Shown piece after piece: positions 1-10,456 of a stretch of DNA of 64,000 nucleotides. Position 1 is the stretch's first letter. The number at the start of each line of letters is the position of its first letter. The translations under genes were made by a program, and so were the position numbers. Under the pieces are notes generated by a model, which was given only the letters and a program-made list of their open reading frames with translations, made no database searches and was not told where the DNA came from. This DNA comes from Desulfobacterales bacterium. Lineage in GTDB: Bacteria > Desulfobacterota > Desulfobacteria > Desulfobacterales > UBA5852. The stretch spans positions 1,440,001 to 1,504,000 of the forward strand of contig CAXXVS010000003.1 in assembly GCA_963674755.2 (NCBI GenBank), read 5' to 3'.

Positions 1-1013
1 CTACCGAAAAAATCCGCTGGAAAATGGTCATGCCCTGGTCCAAGGGGCTGCTCTTTTACGATGTCGCGGTTCACTTTGCCGACAGCGTGCGCCTGGCTTC
101 CGCCGGCCGTCTGGATATAAAGCCGTTTTCAGCAAACGAGCTGGTGCCGGCCATGCAGAGTTTCGACGCTGTCAGCCAAGGATCAGCCCAGGTTGGTCAC
201 GATTGGCCGGGTTACTGGAAGGGCAAGAATGAGGCCTTTGTGCCGCTGGGGGACGTTCCCTTCGGATTGGACCCGGAAGGCTACAATATCTGGCTGTATG
301 AAAAAGGCGGTCTGGGAATGATGCAGGAGCTTTACGGCCGTTACAACCTGGTGGCTTTACCCTGCGGCCAGACCGGCCAAGACATGGGATTGTTTTCAAA
401 TAAACGGGCCACCAAAATGGAGGATTTCAAAGGTCTGCGTGTGCGAACCGTGGGCTGGTATATGGATATCCTCAATGAACTGGGCGCTTCGGTCAGCCCT
501 CTGCCCGGTGGTGAAGTATATCTGTCCCTGGAACGCGGTGTCATTGATGCCGCCGAATTCTCGGCGCCAGCCATGAACTACCCCATGGGATTCGACGAAA
601 TTACCAAGTATGTCATCGAACCCGGTGTCCATCAACCTGGAAGCCAATGCGTCATTTTCTTCAACAAGGACGCTTATGACAAGCTTCCCGAAGATCTGAA
701 ATACATCATCGATATCTGTGCCAAGGAGACCCAGTTGTGGTCCATCAACTGGATCAATAACCTCAATGCCGAAGCGATCAATCGGTTTGCCAAGAAAGTT
801 GAAATCGTCCAGATGGACAAGGATACCCTCATCCAATTCCGTAAGACGACCCATGACTATGTTGAGAGTTTGAAAGCCAAGTATCCTGATGTGAAGAAAA
901 TCGTGGAGTCCCAGGAAGCCTTTGTGGAGTCATTTGCCCCATGGCGCCGAGCACGCGGCAACGTGACCCCCTGGCCGTACGAAGATTACATTAACGGAAC
1001 CATGCAACAGTAG
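1..1013 (+). CDS. dctP: TRAP transporter substrate-binding protein DctP (monocarboxylate/lactate type), 5' end outside the window
   Basis: Motifs DFKGLRVRTVG and PGGEVYLSLERGVIDAAEF. The frame appears open back to the window edge. It precedes dctQM. Confidence 0.9.
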   Translation, partial: TEKIRWKMVMPWSKGLLFYDVAVHFADSVRLASAGRLDIKPFSANELVPAMQSFDAVSQGSAQVGHDWPGYWKGKNEAFVPLGDVPFGLDPEGYNIWLYEKGGLGMMQELYGRYNLVALPCGQTGQDMGLFSNKRATKMEDFKGLRVRTVGWYMDILNELGASVSPLPGGEVYLSLERGVIDAAEFSAPAMNYPMGFDEITKYVIEPGVHQPGSQCVIFFNKDAYDKLPEDLKYIIDICAKETQLWSINWINNLNAEAINRFAKKVEIVQMDKDTLIQFRKTTHDYVESLKAKYPDVKKIVESQEAFVESFAPWRRARGNVTPWPYEDYINGTMQQ

Positions 1014-1156
1014 TGATTTACAGGCAAACACTCCGGGGCGGCGGGACGCCGTGGACGAGTGCCGACCTTTTTTACCGCGGCAACCCCCTTGCCCGTTACC
1101 CGGAGGCGGGCAAGGGCGGCCTTGCCCAGACGGCAATCTGGTTTAGAGGTGATTTC

Positions 1157-1663
1157 ATGCTGGAACAAGTCAGCGCAATAATAGATGGATTCAACCGCAA
1201 GGAGGGTGAATGGAGTGCCCTGTTAATTCTTCCTTTGACCGTCGTGGTGATTTACGAGGTGATCATGCGGTATGCTTTCGACGCACCTACGATCTGGGGT
1301 TTCGAGGCAACGACATTCATCTATGGTATCCATTTCATGCTCGGCCTGGCTTATTGCGATGTGGAGGATGGACATGTCAAGGTAGATATTTTTACTTCCC
1401 GTATGAGCCATAAAGCCCAGGCTCTTCTCGTCATTCTGACCAACCTGATTATCTTTCTGCCCGTGTTTACCTGCGTAACCATCTGGGCCTGGAAGTATGC
1501 CATTACATCCACCATGCAACTGGAGCTCAACTCGACAAGCTGGGCGCCGCCCGTGTGGCCGATCAAACTGATTATGGCTGTGGCGTTTACCTTTCTCTTG
1601 CTGCAAGGCGTTTCCACGGTAATAAAAGCGGTCAATACAATTACTTCCGCTCGTAAGGCCTGA
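1157..1663 (+). CDS. dctQ: TRAP transporter small permease DctQ
   Basis: About 4 TM helices; YEVIMRYAFDAPTIW and GHVKVDIF motifs; GAGGTG RBS before ATG 1157. Confidence 0.9.
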   Translation: MLEQVSAIIDGFNRKEGEWSALLILPLTVVVIYEVIMRYAFDAPTIWGFEATTFIYGIHFMLGLAYCDVEDGHVKVDIFTSRMSHKAQALLVILTNLIIFLPVFTCVTIWAWKYAITSTMQLELNSTSWAPPVWPIKLIMAVAFTFLLLQGVSTVIKAVNTITSARKA

Positions 1664-1686
1664 GCCGTGCTGGAGGTATAATCATC

Positions 1687-3030
1687 ATGAGTTTGGAACT
1701 ACTCACCCTGGCGATGTTCGTGACGCTGATTCTGTCCATCGCTCTTGGGCACCAACTGGCCTTCACCCTGGCAGGAGTGGCAACCCTGTTCGGGCTGATC
1801 GACAATGGATTCAATATTCCAGGATTGTTCGACCTGTATGCCAACAACGTTTGGGGGCTGATGAACAACTACACCCTGGTGGCCGTGCCCTTGTTCATCT
1901 TCATGGCCCAGTTGCTTGACCAGTCCAAAGTGGCCGAGGCTCTTTTCGAATCCCTGTATGTGGTCCTGGGCGGGATTAAAGGCGGGCTTGGCTTGGCCGT
2001 GGTGGTGGTCTGCACGGTGTTTGCAGCGACCACGGGCATCATCGGCGCCTCCGTAGTGGCCATGGGTTTGTTGGCCACACCGGCCCTGATGAACAAGGGC
2101 TATCAGAAAGAGATGGCCAGCGGCATCATTTGTGCGTCCGGCACTCTGGGCATCCTGATTCCGCCAAGCATCATGATGGTGGTGTATGCCGGCCTGACCG
2201 GGCTCAAGGAGACCTCAGTGGGCAACCTGTTTGCCGGCGCCATCTTTCCGGGACTGCTGCTGTCGGGGCTCTATTTTTTCTACATCGTGCTGCGCTGCAA
2301 TATAAACCCGAAGCTGGGCCCGCCCATTACACGCGAGGAAGCCAGCAAGTACACCCCCGCCCAAAAATGGTCCATGACCTTGAAATCGCTGTTGCCGCCC
2401 CTGGGGCTGATTTTGATGGTCATGGGCACCATCCTGGCCGGCGTGGCCACGGCCACTGAGGCCGCCGGCATGGGCGCACTGGGGGCTTTTCTTCTGGCGC
2501 TGTTCAACAAAGCCATCAGTTGGGATGTGATCCGCAAATCCAGCATGGCCACCCTAAAGACCACGGCCATGGTGATGATGCTCTTTATCGGCGGCACCTT
2601 TTTTTCAACGGTCTTTCTCAGCATGGGAGGCGGCGACGTGGTCGCCGACCTGTTCATCGGCAGCGGTATGAATCCCTGGTTAGCCCTGGGCATCATGATG
2701 CTCATCATATTCATCCTGGGCATGTTCATCGACTGGGCCGCCATTCTTTTAGTCACCGTGCCTATATTCATGCCCATCGCCATGGAACTGGGATTCGATC
2801 CCCTCTGGTTTGCCATCCTGATGTGCGTGAACTTGCAGACCTCCTTCCTGACGCCGCCCTTCGGCTATGCCTTGTTTTACTTTAAGGGCGTGGCGCCACC
2901 GGAGTACAACATCATGCATATCTATAAAGGAATCATCCCCTTTGTAGGAATCCAAATTCTGGGGCTGGTTGTTCTCGCGTTGTTTCCGGGTATCTGCACC
3001 TGGCTTCCGTCGTTCTTTTTCGGTGGGTAG
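1687..3030 (+). CDS. dctM: TRAP transporter large permease DctM
   Basis: 447-aa hydrophobic protein with SGTLGILIPPSI and SFLTPPFG motifs. Confidence 0.93.
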   Translation: MSLELLTLAMFVTLILSIALGHQLAFTLAGVATLFGLIDNGFNIPGLFDLYANNVWGLMNNYTLVAVPLFIFMAQLLDQSKVAEALFESLYVVLGGIKGGLGLAVVVVCTVFAATTGIIGASVVAMGLLATPALMNKGYQKEMASGIICASGTLGILIPPSIMMVVYAGLTGLKETSVGNLFAGAIFPGLLLSGLYFFYIVLRCNINPKLGPPITREEASKYTPAQKWSMTLKSLLPPLGLILMVMGTILAGVATATEAAGMGALGAFLLALFNKAISWDVIRKSSMATLKTTAMVMMLFIGGTFFSTVFLSMGGGDVVADLFIGSGMNPWLALGIMMLIIFILGMFIDWAAILLVTVPIFMPIAMELGFDPLWFAILMCVNLQTSFLTPPFGYALFYFKGVAPPEYNIMHIYKGIIPFVGIQILGLVVLALFPGICTWLPSFFFGG

Positions 3031-3196
3031 CGTGGAAATGTCAGGTTGGCATGCCATCTCAAGGAGAGGTCGATCCGAGCGGTTCGAATTGTGACGGTAA
3101 ACATCGCCCAGGAATAGAATGGCAATGCTTGAAACCCGTTCGACCCACGCCCAATCTTCCTGTCCTGGCAGGAAACAGCCAAGCATGGGGACAGTC

Positions 3197-3823
3197 ATGG
3201 AGAACACACAAATACTGGTCCAAACGTTTACCGCCGCAGCCGAAAAGGTGTCCGCCGCCGTGTCCCGGGTGTCCACCATGGCGCAGGCCTATGACTACGC
3301 CGTGGAGCTTTGCGAGCGTAAAGAAGCCTGCCAGTTGCTGATCGCCGGCTGCCAGGAATCCCTTTCCGCCCCGGCGGACACGCTTTGCCGTCATAAGCAG
3401 AAAAAGGTAATCGCCGCGCCCCTTCTCGCATCAAACGACGCCGCGCAGATGAAGGCGCTGTGCCAAGCGCGCGGCATCGTATTCATCCGCAGCGGAGTGC
3501 GCGACCACCTGGCCGGCGTCGACATCGGGTTCACCGTGGCCGAATATGGCATTGCCGAAACCGGCACCTTGGTCCTTGACGCCTCCAGCGAAGAACTTCG
3601 CCTGGCCACCATGGTCAGCGAAGTGCATGTGGCCGTATTGCCCATCAATCGGCTGCGCGCCACGTCCCTTCACCTGGAAGCGGAACTGGCGCAAATCATG
3701 AGCGCGGCGCCCAATTACTGCGCGTTCATCACCGGCGCCAGCCGTACAGCCGATATCGAGCGTGTTCTGGCGCTCGGCGTCCACGGCCCACTTGAATTGC
3801 ACATTCTCTTGATGGAGACCTAG
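3197..3823 (+). CDS. lutC: Lactate utilization protein C (LUD domain), copy 1; start uncertain (3119/3185/3197)
   Basis: C-terminal FITGASRTADIERVLALGVHGP motif typical of LutC. Confidence 0.88.
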   Translation: MENTQILVQTFTAAAEKVSAAVSRVSTMAQAYDYAVELCERKEACQLLIAGCQESLSAPADTLCRHKQKKVIAAPLLASNDAAQMKALCQARGIVFIRSGVRDHLAGVDIGFTVAEYGIAETGTLVLDASSEELRLATMVSEVHVAVLPINRLRATSLHLEAELAQIMSAAPNYCAFITGASRTADIERVLALGVHGPLELHILLMET

Positions 3824-3826
3824 CTC

Positions 3827-5983
3827 ATGCAAACTGCCCGCAACCTGAAAACCTACCGCAAGGAAGTGGCCAAAGCGCTCAGCAACGATTTTCAGCGCCA
3901 GGCCATGGACAAGTTTGCCGTGGCCTACCGGAATTCGCGTGACAACGCCTTTGCCGACCTGGATTCGGAGGCGCTGGTGGCGGAAATCGCCCGAATAAAA
4001 GACCATGCCCTGGAACGGTTGGACGATCTCTTCGCCCGGTTCAAGGAAAACGCTGAAAAGATCGGCGTCCAGGTCCACCTGGCCCGCACCGCCGAAGAGG
4101 CCAACGCGCTCGTTGCCAGCATTGCCGAAGAGAACCAGGTCCAGCGCATTGTCAAATCCAAATCCATGACCGCTGAAGAAACCCTGCTCAACCACTACTT
4201 GGAGGCCAGGGGGCTGGAAGTAACGGAAACCGACCTGGGCGAATGGATTATCCAACTACGCGGCGAAGGCCCCTCCCATATGGTAATGCCGGCGATCCAT
4301 CTTTCGCGCTTTCAGGTGGCCGACCTGTTCAGCGACGTCACGGGTAAAGCACAGGACGCCGAAATCGAGCGGCTGGTCAAGGTGGCCCGCCGTGAACTGC
4401 GGCGGAAATATGTGGAGGCCGATATGGGCATCAGCGGGGCCAACTTCGCCTTGGCCGAAACCGGCACCATCGGGCTCACCACCAACGAGGGCAATGCCCG
4501 TCTGGTGACCACCCTGCCGCGGGTACATGTGGCGCTGGTGGGCATCGATAAACTGCTGCCCGGGCTGGGAGACGCCCTTCGGATCAACAAGGTTTTGCCT
4601 CGGAATGCCACCGGCCAGGCCATCACGTCTTACGTCACCTGGATCACCGGAGCCAATGCCTGCGGTCCAGCTCCGGGAGGCAAAAAGATCATGCACATCG
4701 TTTTCCTGGACAACGGACGCAGCCGGATGGCCGGCGATCCCGACTTCGCTCAGGTGCTGCGTTGCGTTCGCTGCGGGGCCTGCGCCAATGTCTGCCCGGT
4801 CTACCGCATGGTAGGCGGACACCAGTACGGCCATATCTACATTGGAGCCATCGGCCTGATCCTGACCTACTTCTTGCACGGCCGCGACAAGGCCCGTAAC
4901 CTGGTGCAGAACTGCATCAACTGCGGCGCCTGCAAGGAGATCTGCGCCGCCGGTATCGATCTGCCGCGATTGATAAAGGCCGTGCACGCTAGAGTTCAGG
5001 ATGAGGAGGGTCACCCCCTGCAAAGCCTTCTGCTGGGGAAGCTGCTCAAAAACCGCAAACTTTTCCACAGCTTGTTGCAAACTGCGCGCACGGCCCAGAA
5101 ACCGCTTACCGGCGGCACGCCCTACCTGCGCCACCTGCCCATGATCGTTTCCGGGGAGCACAACTTTCGCCGCCTCCCGGCCATTGCTCCCAGAGCCTTC
5201 CGCGACTTGTGGCCAGGATTGCGTTCTCGGGTCAAGAACCCTGTGCTTCGGGTTGGACTCTTTTCCGGTTGCGTACAGGATTTCGTCTATCCGGAACAGC
5301 TCGTGGCGGGGGTGGACGTATTGGCCAAACATAAGGTGGCTGTAGAATTCCCCATGCAGCAGTCCTGCTGCGGTCTACCGGTGGAGATGATGGGCGAAGT
5401 GGATGCGGCCCGCCATGTGGCGGCCCAGAATGTGCTGGCCATGTCCAAAGGGGAATTCGACTACATCATTACCCTGTGCGCTTCCTGCGCTTCCCACCTG
5501 ATCCACGCCTATCCACGGTTGCTGGTCGATGATCCCGCGCTGGAGAAAAAGGCTAAAACCATGGCGGCGAAGGTAGTGCCATTCAGCGTCCTGATGAACG
5601 ATGTCTTGACTGTGGGCCAAACCGCCTCCAACGGTCCGAGGACTGCCACCACCTACCATGCGCCCTGCCACCTATGCCGCGGGTTGCATGTAAAAAAGGC
5701 TCCTCGCGAGCTGATCCGCAAAGTTGGGTTGGATTTCCGACCGGCCGACGAGGAGCAGACCTGCTGCGGTTTCGGCGGCACCTATTCGAGCAAGTTCCCG
5801 AAAATTTCGGCCCAAATTCTTGAGAAAAAACTTGAGGATGCGGCGGCAACAGGTGCACGACAGCTGGTCACCGAGTGCCCCGGCTGCATCCTGCAACTGC
5901 GTGGGGGGGTCCAACAGCGTGGTATGGATTTACGGGTAATGCATATTGCGGAAATGATATGGAATTGTGAGCGGCACGCTTAA
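3827..5983 (+). CDS. lutB: L-lactate dehydrogenase large Fe-S subunit (LutB/LUD + 2x[4Fe-4S] + CCG domains, LdhH-like), copy 1
   Basis: VKSKSMTAEE, ETDLGEWIIQL, NEGNARL, CVRCGACANVCP, CINCGACKEIC and two CCG motifs. Confidence 0.9.
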   Translation: MQTARNLKTYRKEVAKALSNDFQRQAMDKFAVAYRNSRDNAFADLDSEALVAEIARIKDHALERLDDLFARFKENAEKIGVQVHLARTAEEANALVASIAEENQVQRIVKSKSMTAEETLLNHYLEARGLEVTETDLGEWIIQLRGEGPSHMVMPAIHLSRFQVADLFSDVTGKAQDAEIERLVKVARRELRRKYVEADMGISGANFALAETGTIGLTTNEGNARLVTTLPRVHVALVGIDKLLPGLGDALRINKVLPRNATGQAITSYVTWITGANACGPAPGGKKIMHIVFLDNGRSRMAGDPDFAQVLRCVRCGACANVCPVYRMVGGHQYGHIYIGAIGLILTYFLHGRDKARNLVQNCINCGACKEICAAGIDLPRLIKAVHARVQDEEGHPLQSLLLGKLLKNRKLFHSLLQTARTAQKPLTGGTPYLRHLPMIVSGEHNFRRLPAIAPRAFRDLWPGLRSRVKNPVLRVGLFSGCVQDFVYPEQLVAGVDVLAKHKVAVEFPMQQSCCGLPVEMMGEVDAARHVAAQNVLAMSKGEFDYIITLCASCASHLIHAYPRLLVDDPALEKKAKTMAAKVVPFSVLMNDVLTVGQTASNGPRTATTYHAPCHLCRGLHVKKAPRELIRKVGLDFRPADEEQTCCGFGGTYSSKFPKISAQILEKKLEDAAATGARQLVTECPGCILQLRGGVQQRGMDLRVMHIAEMIWNCERHA

Positions 5984-6099
5984 AGCAGATTCATTGTATC
6001 GTCCCACTCTTGGGACCCTACCGCATAAGTAACGAAAGACAGACGATGGGTGACACAGTTTAGTCCATTTCTTTGGTTTGATACGATCCGACGCGTCCT

Positions 6100-7359
6100 T
6101 CAAATTTTCCTGCCAAAGGCCTGCCTGGCCAGTTTGCGGTTGCGCGGCCGGTAGGTGCCGTCGGCCTTTTCCCGCCGCATGACCTGCTCCATCAGCTTGA
6201 ACATCTTCATGCGCTGGGGCTCATCGTGGTAGAAGGTCCGCCAGGCATAGTCCAGCAGTTCCTGCAGCTTTTCCGGCGCCATCTGGCGGGGCTGGTAGAC
6301 CACCTTGTCGGCGGTGTACTGGTCCCAGTCGTAAGTCAGGATGCGTTTTTGCTCGTGCAGCTCCTCGTAAGCCCGGGTGTGGGGAAAGGGGGTCAGCACG
6401 GTGAACTCGGCCAGGTCCAGATCGATTTCCAGGAGAAAATCCACCAGGCGTTTGATGCTGTCCTCGGTGTGGCTGTCCAGGCCCAACAGGATGGTGCCCT
6501 CCACGCCGATGCCGTGGTCGTGGTAGCGCCTGATGCGGTCCCGGATGGTGTCCGAGCAGTCGAAGACCGCCTGATAGACGTACCAGGCCCCGGCTTGGGC
6601 GGCCAGGTCGAGCACGTCCGGCTTGTCCTCGATGGGATGGCTGCACCACTTCTTCTTCAGCGGGATCATCTCCCGGAAGAGGTCCCGCTCCCACTGGGTG
6701 TCCTGGGCCAGGGAGTTGTCCACGATAAAGAGGCGGTTGTTGTCGATGGCGGCCATTTCGGCAATGGTCTTCTCGATGGGCCGGGGACGGAAATGCCGGC
6801 CTCCCAGGAAGGCCACGCAGCAGGGGTAACAGTTGAAGCGGCATCCCCGGGAGGCATGCACCAGGTCCACCATCTGGATGCCCTTGTAGTTGTAAAGATC
6901 GCGGTCCAGGATGTCCCGGCGGGCCGTGCCCACCCATTCGATGGGGGGCCGGTCGTCCAGATAGTCGTAGACCGGCTTGAGGCGATCGTGCCGGAAATCG
7001 TCGATCACCCCCGGCATGCGCCCCTCGGCTTCTCCTAGAAAGACACTGTCGGCATGCCGTTGGGTTTCTTCAGCATGCAGCATGGTGGCGATGCCGCCGA
7101 AGATCACCTTGACGCCCCGGGCCCGGTAGGCATCGGCGATCTCCCAGCCCCGTTTGACCTGGATCGTCAGCATCATGGAGATGCCCACCATGTCCACCGG
7201 CTCGTCGAAGTCGATGGTCTGCAGGTTTTCATCGATGAAGTCCACCGCGATGTCCTCGGGCAGGCTGGCGGCGAAGACCACCGGGCCGTGGGGGGGCAGG
7301 TGAAACTCGGTTTGCTGGTACAGCTTGGCCCAGCGGGGATAGATGATGCGGAATTTCAT
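6100..7359 (-). CDS. B12-binding radical SAM enzyme
   Basis: N-terminal cobalamin-binding-like domain (DMVGISMM...VIFGGI...GEAE) and ASRGCRFNCYPC (CX3CX2C). Confidence 0.88.
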   Translation of the reverse strand: MKFRIIYPRWAKLYQQTEFHLPPHGPVVFAASLPEDIAVDFIDENLQTIDFDEPVDMVGISMMLTIQVKRGWEIADAYRARGVKVIFGGIATMLHAEETQRHADSVFLGEAEGRMPGVIDDFRHDRLKPVYDYLDDRPPIEWVGTARRDILDRDLYNYKGIQMVDLVHASRGCRFNCYPCCVAFLGGRHFRPRPIEKTIAEMAAIDNNRLFIVDNSLAQDTQWERDLFREMIPLKKKWCSHPIEDKPDVLDLAAQAGAWYVYQAVFDCSDTIRDRIRRYHDHGIGVEGTILLGLDSHTEDSIKRLVDFLLEIDLDLAEFTVLTPFPHTRAYEELHEQKRILTYDWDQYTADKVVYQPRQMAPEKLQELLDYAWRTFYHDEPQRMKMFKLMEQVMRREKADGTYRPRNRKLARQAFGRKI

Positions 7360-7520
7360 CGGAATCGAAACCTCCTGTGGCGAATCGGGAATGACGATGC
7401 GTTTGCGGCTTATAGGTGATCGTCGTTAGCCCGATTATGCGTTTACGTTTAGCTATTAGCACCTTTCGTTGTGACGCCAGCGATGTCGATTTTCTTAGGG
7501 TTTGCGCCTTGATTCCCATT

Positions 7521-7626
7521 GGCGCACGCGGAAACTCACCCGCCTAGGGCAAGCCATCAGCGGGTTCAGACCGTCCGCGCGCCTTTTCCCATCCGCTCCG
7601 TCGATGCTCGGCGCGGAACAACGGGA
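7521..7626 (+). repeat. Dispersed intergenic repeat, copy A
   Basis: Shares ...TCAGAC(C/A)GTCCGCGCGC(C/T)TTTT...CGATGCTCGG(C/T)GCGGAACAACGGGA with 32870-32975, and its 3' part with 39317-39341. Confidence 0.75.
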
Positions 7627-7724
7627 TGAAACCAGCGCCAAAATCCTTATAAAACAACCGCCCAATACATATCCAAAGCGGTCTGCTTTGGCGGGTGAAA
7701 CCGATCATCACGCTTGGTTGAATG

Positions 7725-8408
7725 CTATGGCCCGCTGCCCTGCTTGTCCAGCACCGGACGGGCCTCGACGAGCTCCAGATCGAGCTGGTAGGCGTTGGCT
7801 CCCATGGCTTCCAGATGGATGCGGCAGGGCACGGTCCCATGGCCCTCGACCCCGGGGGGGCGGCATTCACTGATTTCCACGCGGCGGATCATGCGCTGCC
7901 GGCGGTTGTAGCGTTCCAGAAGATAGGTCCCCTCCGGCCTGCGGATGACATCCAGGAAACCGTCCGCCAGGGCATAGCGGCAGGTCGGATTCCCCGAGGG
8001 ATTGATGCCGGTGGCGACGGGCTTTCCCCGGGGAGGGAAGAAGATCAGGCGGATGTCCTGCATCATCCCCCCGGCCAGGGTCGGCCGGTCAAAGGGCGGC
8101 AGCGCCCTGCGGATGGTGAGGGTCCCGTCGTCCCGGGCCTCGAACAGCCGCAGCCCCTCGATGGACAGCAAGGCGCATTCGATGGTGTTCGTAGCCGGTG
8201 AGAGGGATACGACCCCGAGCATGACGCCCCGGCGCCCGCCCGGCAGGTCCGTGGTGATGGTATGCACCATGCGCCAGGCGCGATGGGGAAAAGCGGCGTC
8301 ACAAACCGTCGCTACATCCCCGGGCGTCTGCTCCGCCGGCATGATGGGCGGCAGGCTGTGGCAGGCCATAATCAGCAGGGCAAACGACGGCAGCAGGAAG
8401 TGTTTCAT
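7725..8408 (-). CDS. Putative lipoprotein resembling DUF3261/ApeN of aryl-polyene-type clusters
   Basis: Lipobox-like LIMAC and LLSIEGLRLFEA...LAGGMMQDIRLIF; overlaps the upstream LolA-like gene by 4 bp. Confidence 0.6.
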   Translation of the reverse strand: MKHFLLPSFALLIMACHSLPPIMPAEQTPGDVATVCDAAFPHRAWRMVHTITTDLPGGRRGVMLGVVSLSPATNTIECALLSIEGLRLFEARDDGTLTIRRALPPFDRPTLAGGMMQDIRLIFFPPRGKPVATGINPSGNPTCRYALADGFLDVIRRPEGTYLLERYNRRQRMIRRVEISECRPPGVEGHGTVPCRIHLEAMGANAYQLDLELVEARPVLDKQGSGP

Positions 8409-9067
8409 GGGTGATCGGTAAACAGGGCGGGGTCCACGGGCTGGTTGACAACGACATCCGTGAACTGCAGCCGGGTGAAATTGTGGTCGTCCTCATAGAC
8501 CGTGACCGACTCGATGACCCCGGGGCTATCGGCCAGCTGCAGGACGATTTTCTGTATGACAGTGGAAAGCGCTTTTTTGCGCGGTGACAGGATGATACGC
8601 CCGCCGGGCTCCAGGCGGGCCTCGAACTCCGGATTTTCATCGAAGCGGCCGTTCATCCAGCGGCCGATTTCCTGCATCACGAAAGACATGGCCGGAAGGG
8701 CGGCGGAGGCATCTTCCGTCCAGGTCGGGCCGGTCTTGACGAAACGCTGCACCCGGCCCTCATTCATCAGCAGGACACTGGGCAGGGGGGCTTCATATTC
8801 CCAGCGCAGCCGGTCGGGTGCGGCAAAGATCAGCCGGCCGCGGGATACCAGGGGCTGCGCCAGAATCTGCAGGTGCTTCTCCTGGGTAAAAGCGGCCTGT
8901 ACGCTCCGGATGTCCCGGGCGGCGGCGTGGATGCTTTCCCAGGAGGTGGTCCAGCCCGCCGCGATCAGCAACAGGGCCGCGCCCGCCATAAATCCGATCC
9001 CGATCATAGCAGACCGTATGCGATCCCGCCGTCGCCCGTTGGGACGACCAACTCGTGGACGCTTCAT
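8405..9067 (-). CDS. LolA-like outer-membrane lipid/lipoprotein carrier (ApeL-like)
   Basis: Signal peptide, then AAFTQEKHLQILAQPLVSRGRLIFAAPDRLRWEYEAP, typical of the LolA fold. Confidence 0.82.
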   Translation of the reverse strand: MKRPRVGRPNGRRRDRIRSAMIGIGFMAGAALLLIAAGWTTSWESIHAAARDIRSVQAAFTQEKHLQILAQPLVSRGRLIFAAPDRLRWEYEAPLPSVLLMNEGRVQRFVKTGPTWTEDASAALPAMSFVMQEIGRWMNGRFDENPEFEARLEPGGRIILSPRKKALSTVIQKIVLQLADSPGVIESVTVYEDDHNFTRLQFTDVVVNQPVDPALFTDHP

Positions 9068-9068
9068 T

Positions 9069-9806
9069 TCAGCACATGCCGCCGTTGACGCCGATCACCT
9101 GACCGGTGATGTAGGAGGCCTCCTCCGAGCAGAGGAAGCGCACCAGGCCGCTGACCTCTTCAGGGCGCCCCACCCGTGACATGGGGATGGCCTGCTTGAT
9201 CATATCCACCGGCAGGTCCTTGGTCATCTCCGTATCGATCAGCCCCGGTGCCACCACATTGACCCGGATGCCCAACCGTCCCACCTCGGCCGCCAACGCC
9301 TTGCTGGCGCCGATCAGCCCTGCCTTGGCCGCCGAATAGTTGACCTGTCCCCGGTTGCCCATGATGCCCGAGACCGAAGAGATCGTGACAATCGAGCCCT
9401 TTTTGCGGCGGATCATTTTTTTGATGACCGGCTTGGTGACGTTGTAGAAGCCCTTGAGGGCCACATCGATGACCGAATTCCACTTGCTGTCCTTCATCAT
9501 AAGGAAGAGGTCGTCGGCCGTGATGCCGGCATTGTTGACCAGCACCTCGATGGCATCGTAGCGGGCGGTGATGTCCTTCATGGCCGCACCGGCCTTTTCC
9601 GGGTCGGCCACATCGAAGGCCACGGTTTCAATGGTCCCCCCGGCGCCTTCGATTTCCGCCCGGGTCTCATCGGCCGAAGCCTGGTTGGAGTGGTAGTTGG
9701 CCACCACATGGTAGCCGGCGGCCGCCAGGGTGGCCGATATGGCGCGCCCGATGCCGCGGGTGCCGCCGGTGACGATGGCCACGCGTTTTTCGTTGTCCGT
9801 GCTCAT
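9069..9806 (-). CDS. fabG: 3-oxoacyl-ACP reductase (ApeQ/FabG-like)
   Basis: TGGTRGIG, NNAG, YSAAK and VAPGLIDTEM motifs. Confidence 0.92.
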   Translation of the reverse strand: MSTDNEKRVAIVTGGTRGIGRAISATLAAAGYHVVANYHSNQASADETRAEIEGAGGTIETVAFDVADPEKAGAAMKDITARYDAIEVLVNNAGITADDLFLMMKDSKWNSVIDVALKGFYNVTKPVIKKMIRRKKGSIVTISSVSGIMGNRGQVNYSAAKAGLIGASKALAAEVGRLGIRVNVVAPGLIDTEMTKDLPVDMIKQAIPMSRVGRPEEVSGLVRFLCSEEASYITGQVIGVNGGMC

Positions 9807-10183
9807 GGGGAAGATCCTCCTGTGGGATCGAAGTCCGCCGCGATGGCCGCAGCCAGTTTCGATCCGGAAACGCTGAAGCGTCCCATTGGCGGAAATGTCA
9901 TACGCCTTGCGCTTGTGACGGCTTTTCCTACAACAGAAGCGACGCGTCTGTAAAGGGTGAAGCCCGAGGCCGGTGATCGCGGGTGTGGCCCAAAAAGCGG
10001 TTGAACTGGCCCCTGGCTTGAACTATGTTCTTTTAATTTAAACAGGGGATAAGCACAGCTTGACCCCGATCATCAAGGGCATCGATCCCCGCCGTCGGTG
10101 GGAGACGGGAGGTGCCGGCCAGCCCGGCATTTTCAGGAATGCGTTGCAGACGTGGTCTTAACAACATGTGGAGCGGTGATTGA

Positions 10184-10456
10184 ATGGACGATTTTATCGA
10201 GGAACTGAAAGTACAGATTATTGAAACCCTGGCCCTGGAAGATGTTACCCCCCAGGATATCGATCCGGAAGGCCAATTGGTGGGCGGCGATCTCGGCATC
10301 GACTCCATCGACGTGCTCGAACTGGTGATGATGGTGGAAAAGGAATACGGCGTGGTGATCGACAGCAAGGAGCTGGGGGCCCAGGTTTTCGCCAGCCTGA
10401 AAGCGCTGGGCGATTATATCCGGCAGGTGCGCAGCGAGGGACGGGCGGTTGGCTGA
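10184..10456 (+). CDS. Acyl carrier protein 1 (ApeE-like)
   Basis: Acidic 90-aa protein with the LGIDSIDVLEL phosphopantetheine motif. Confidence 0.92.
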   Translation: MDDFIEELKVQIIETLALEDVTPQDIDPEGQLVGGDLGIDSIDVLELVMMVEKEYGVVIDSKELGAQVFASLKALGDYIRQVRSEGRAVG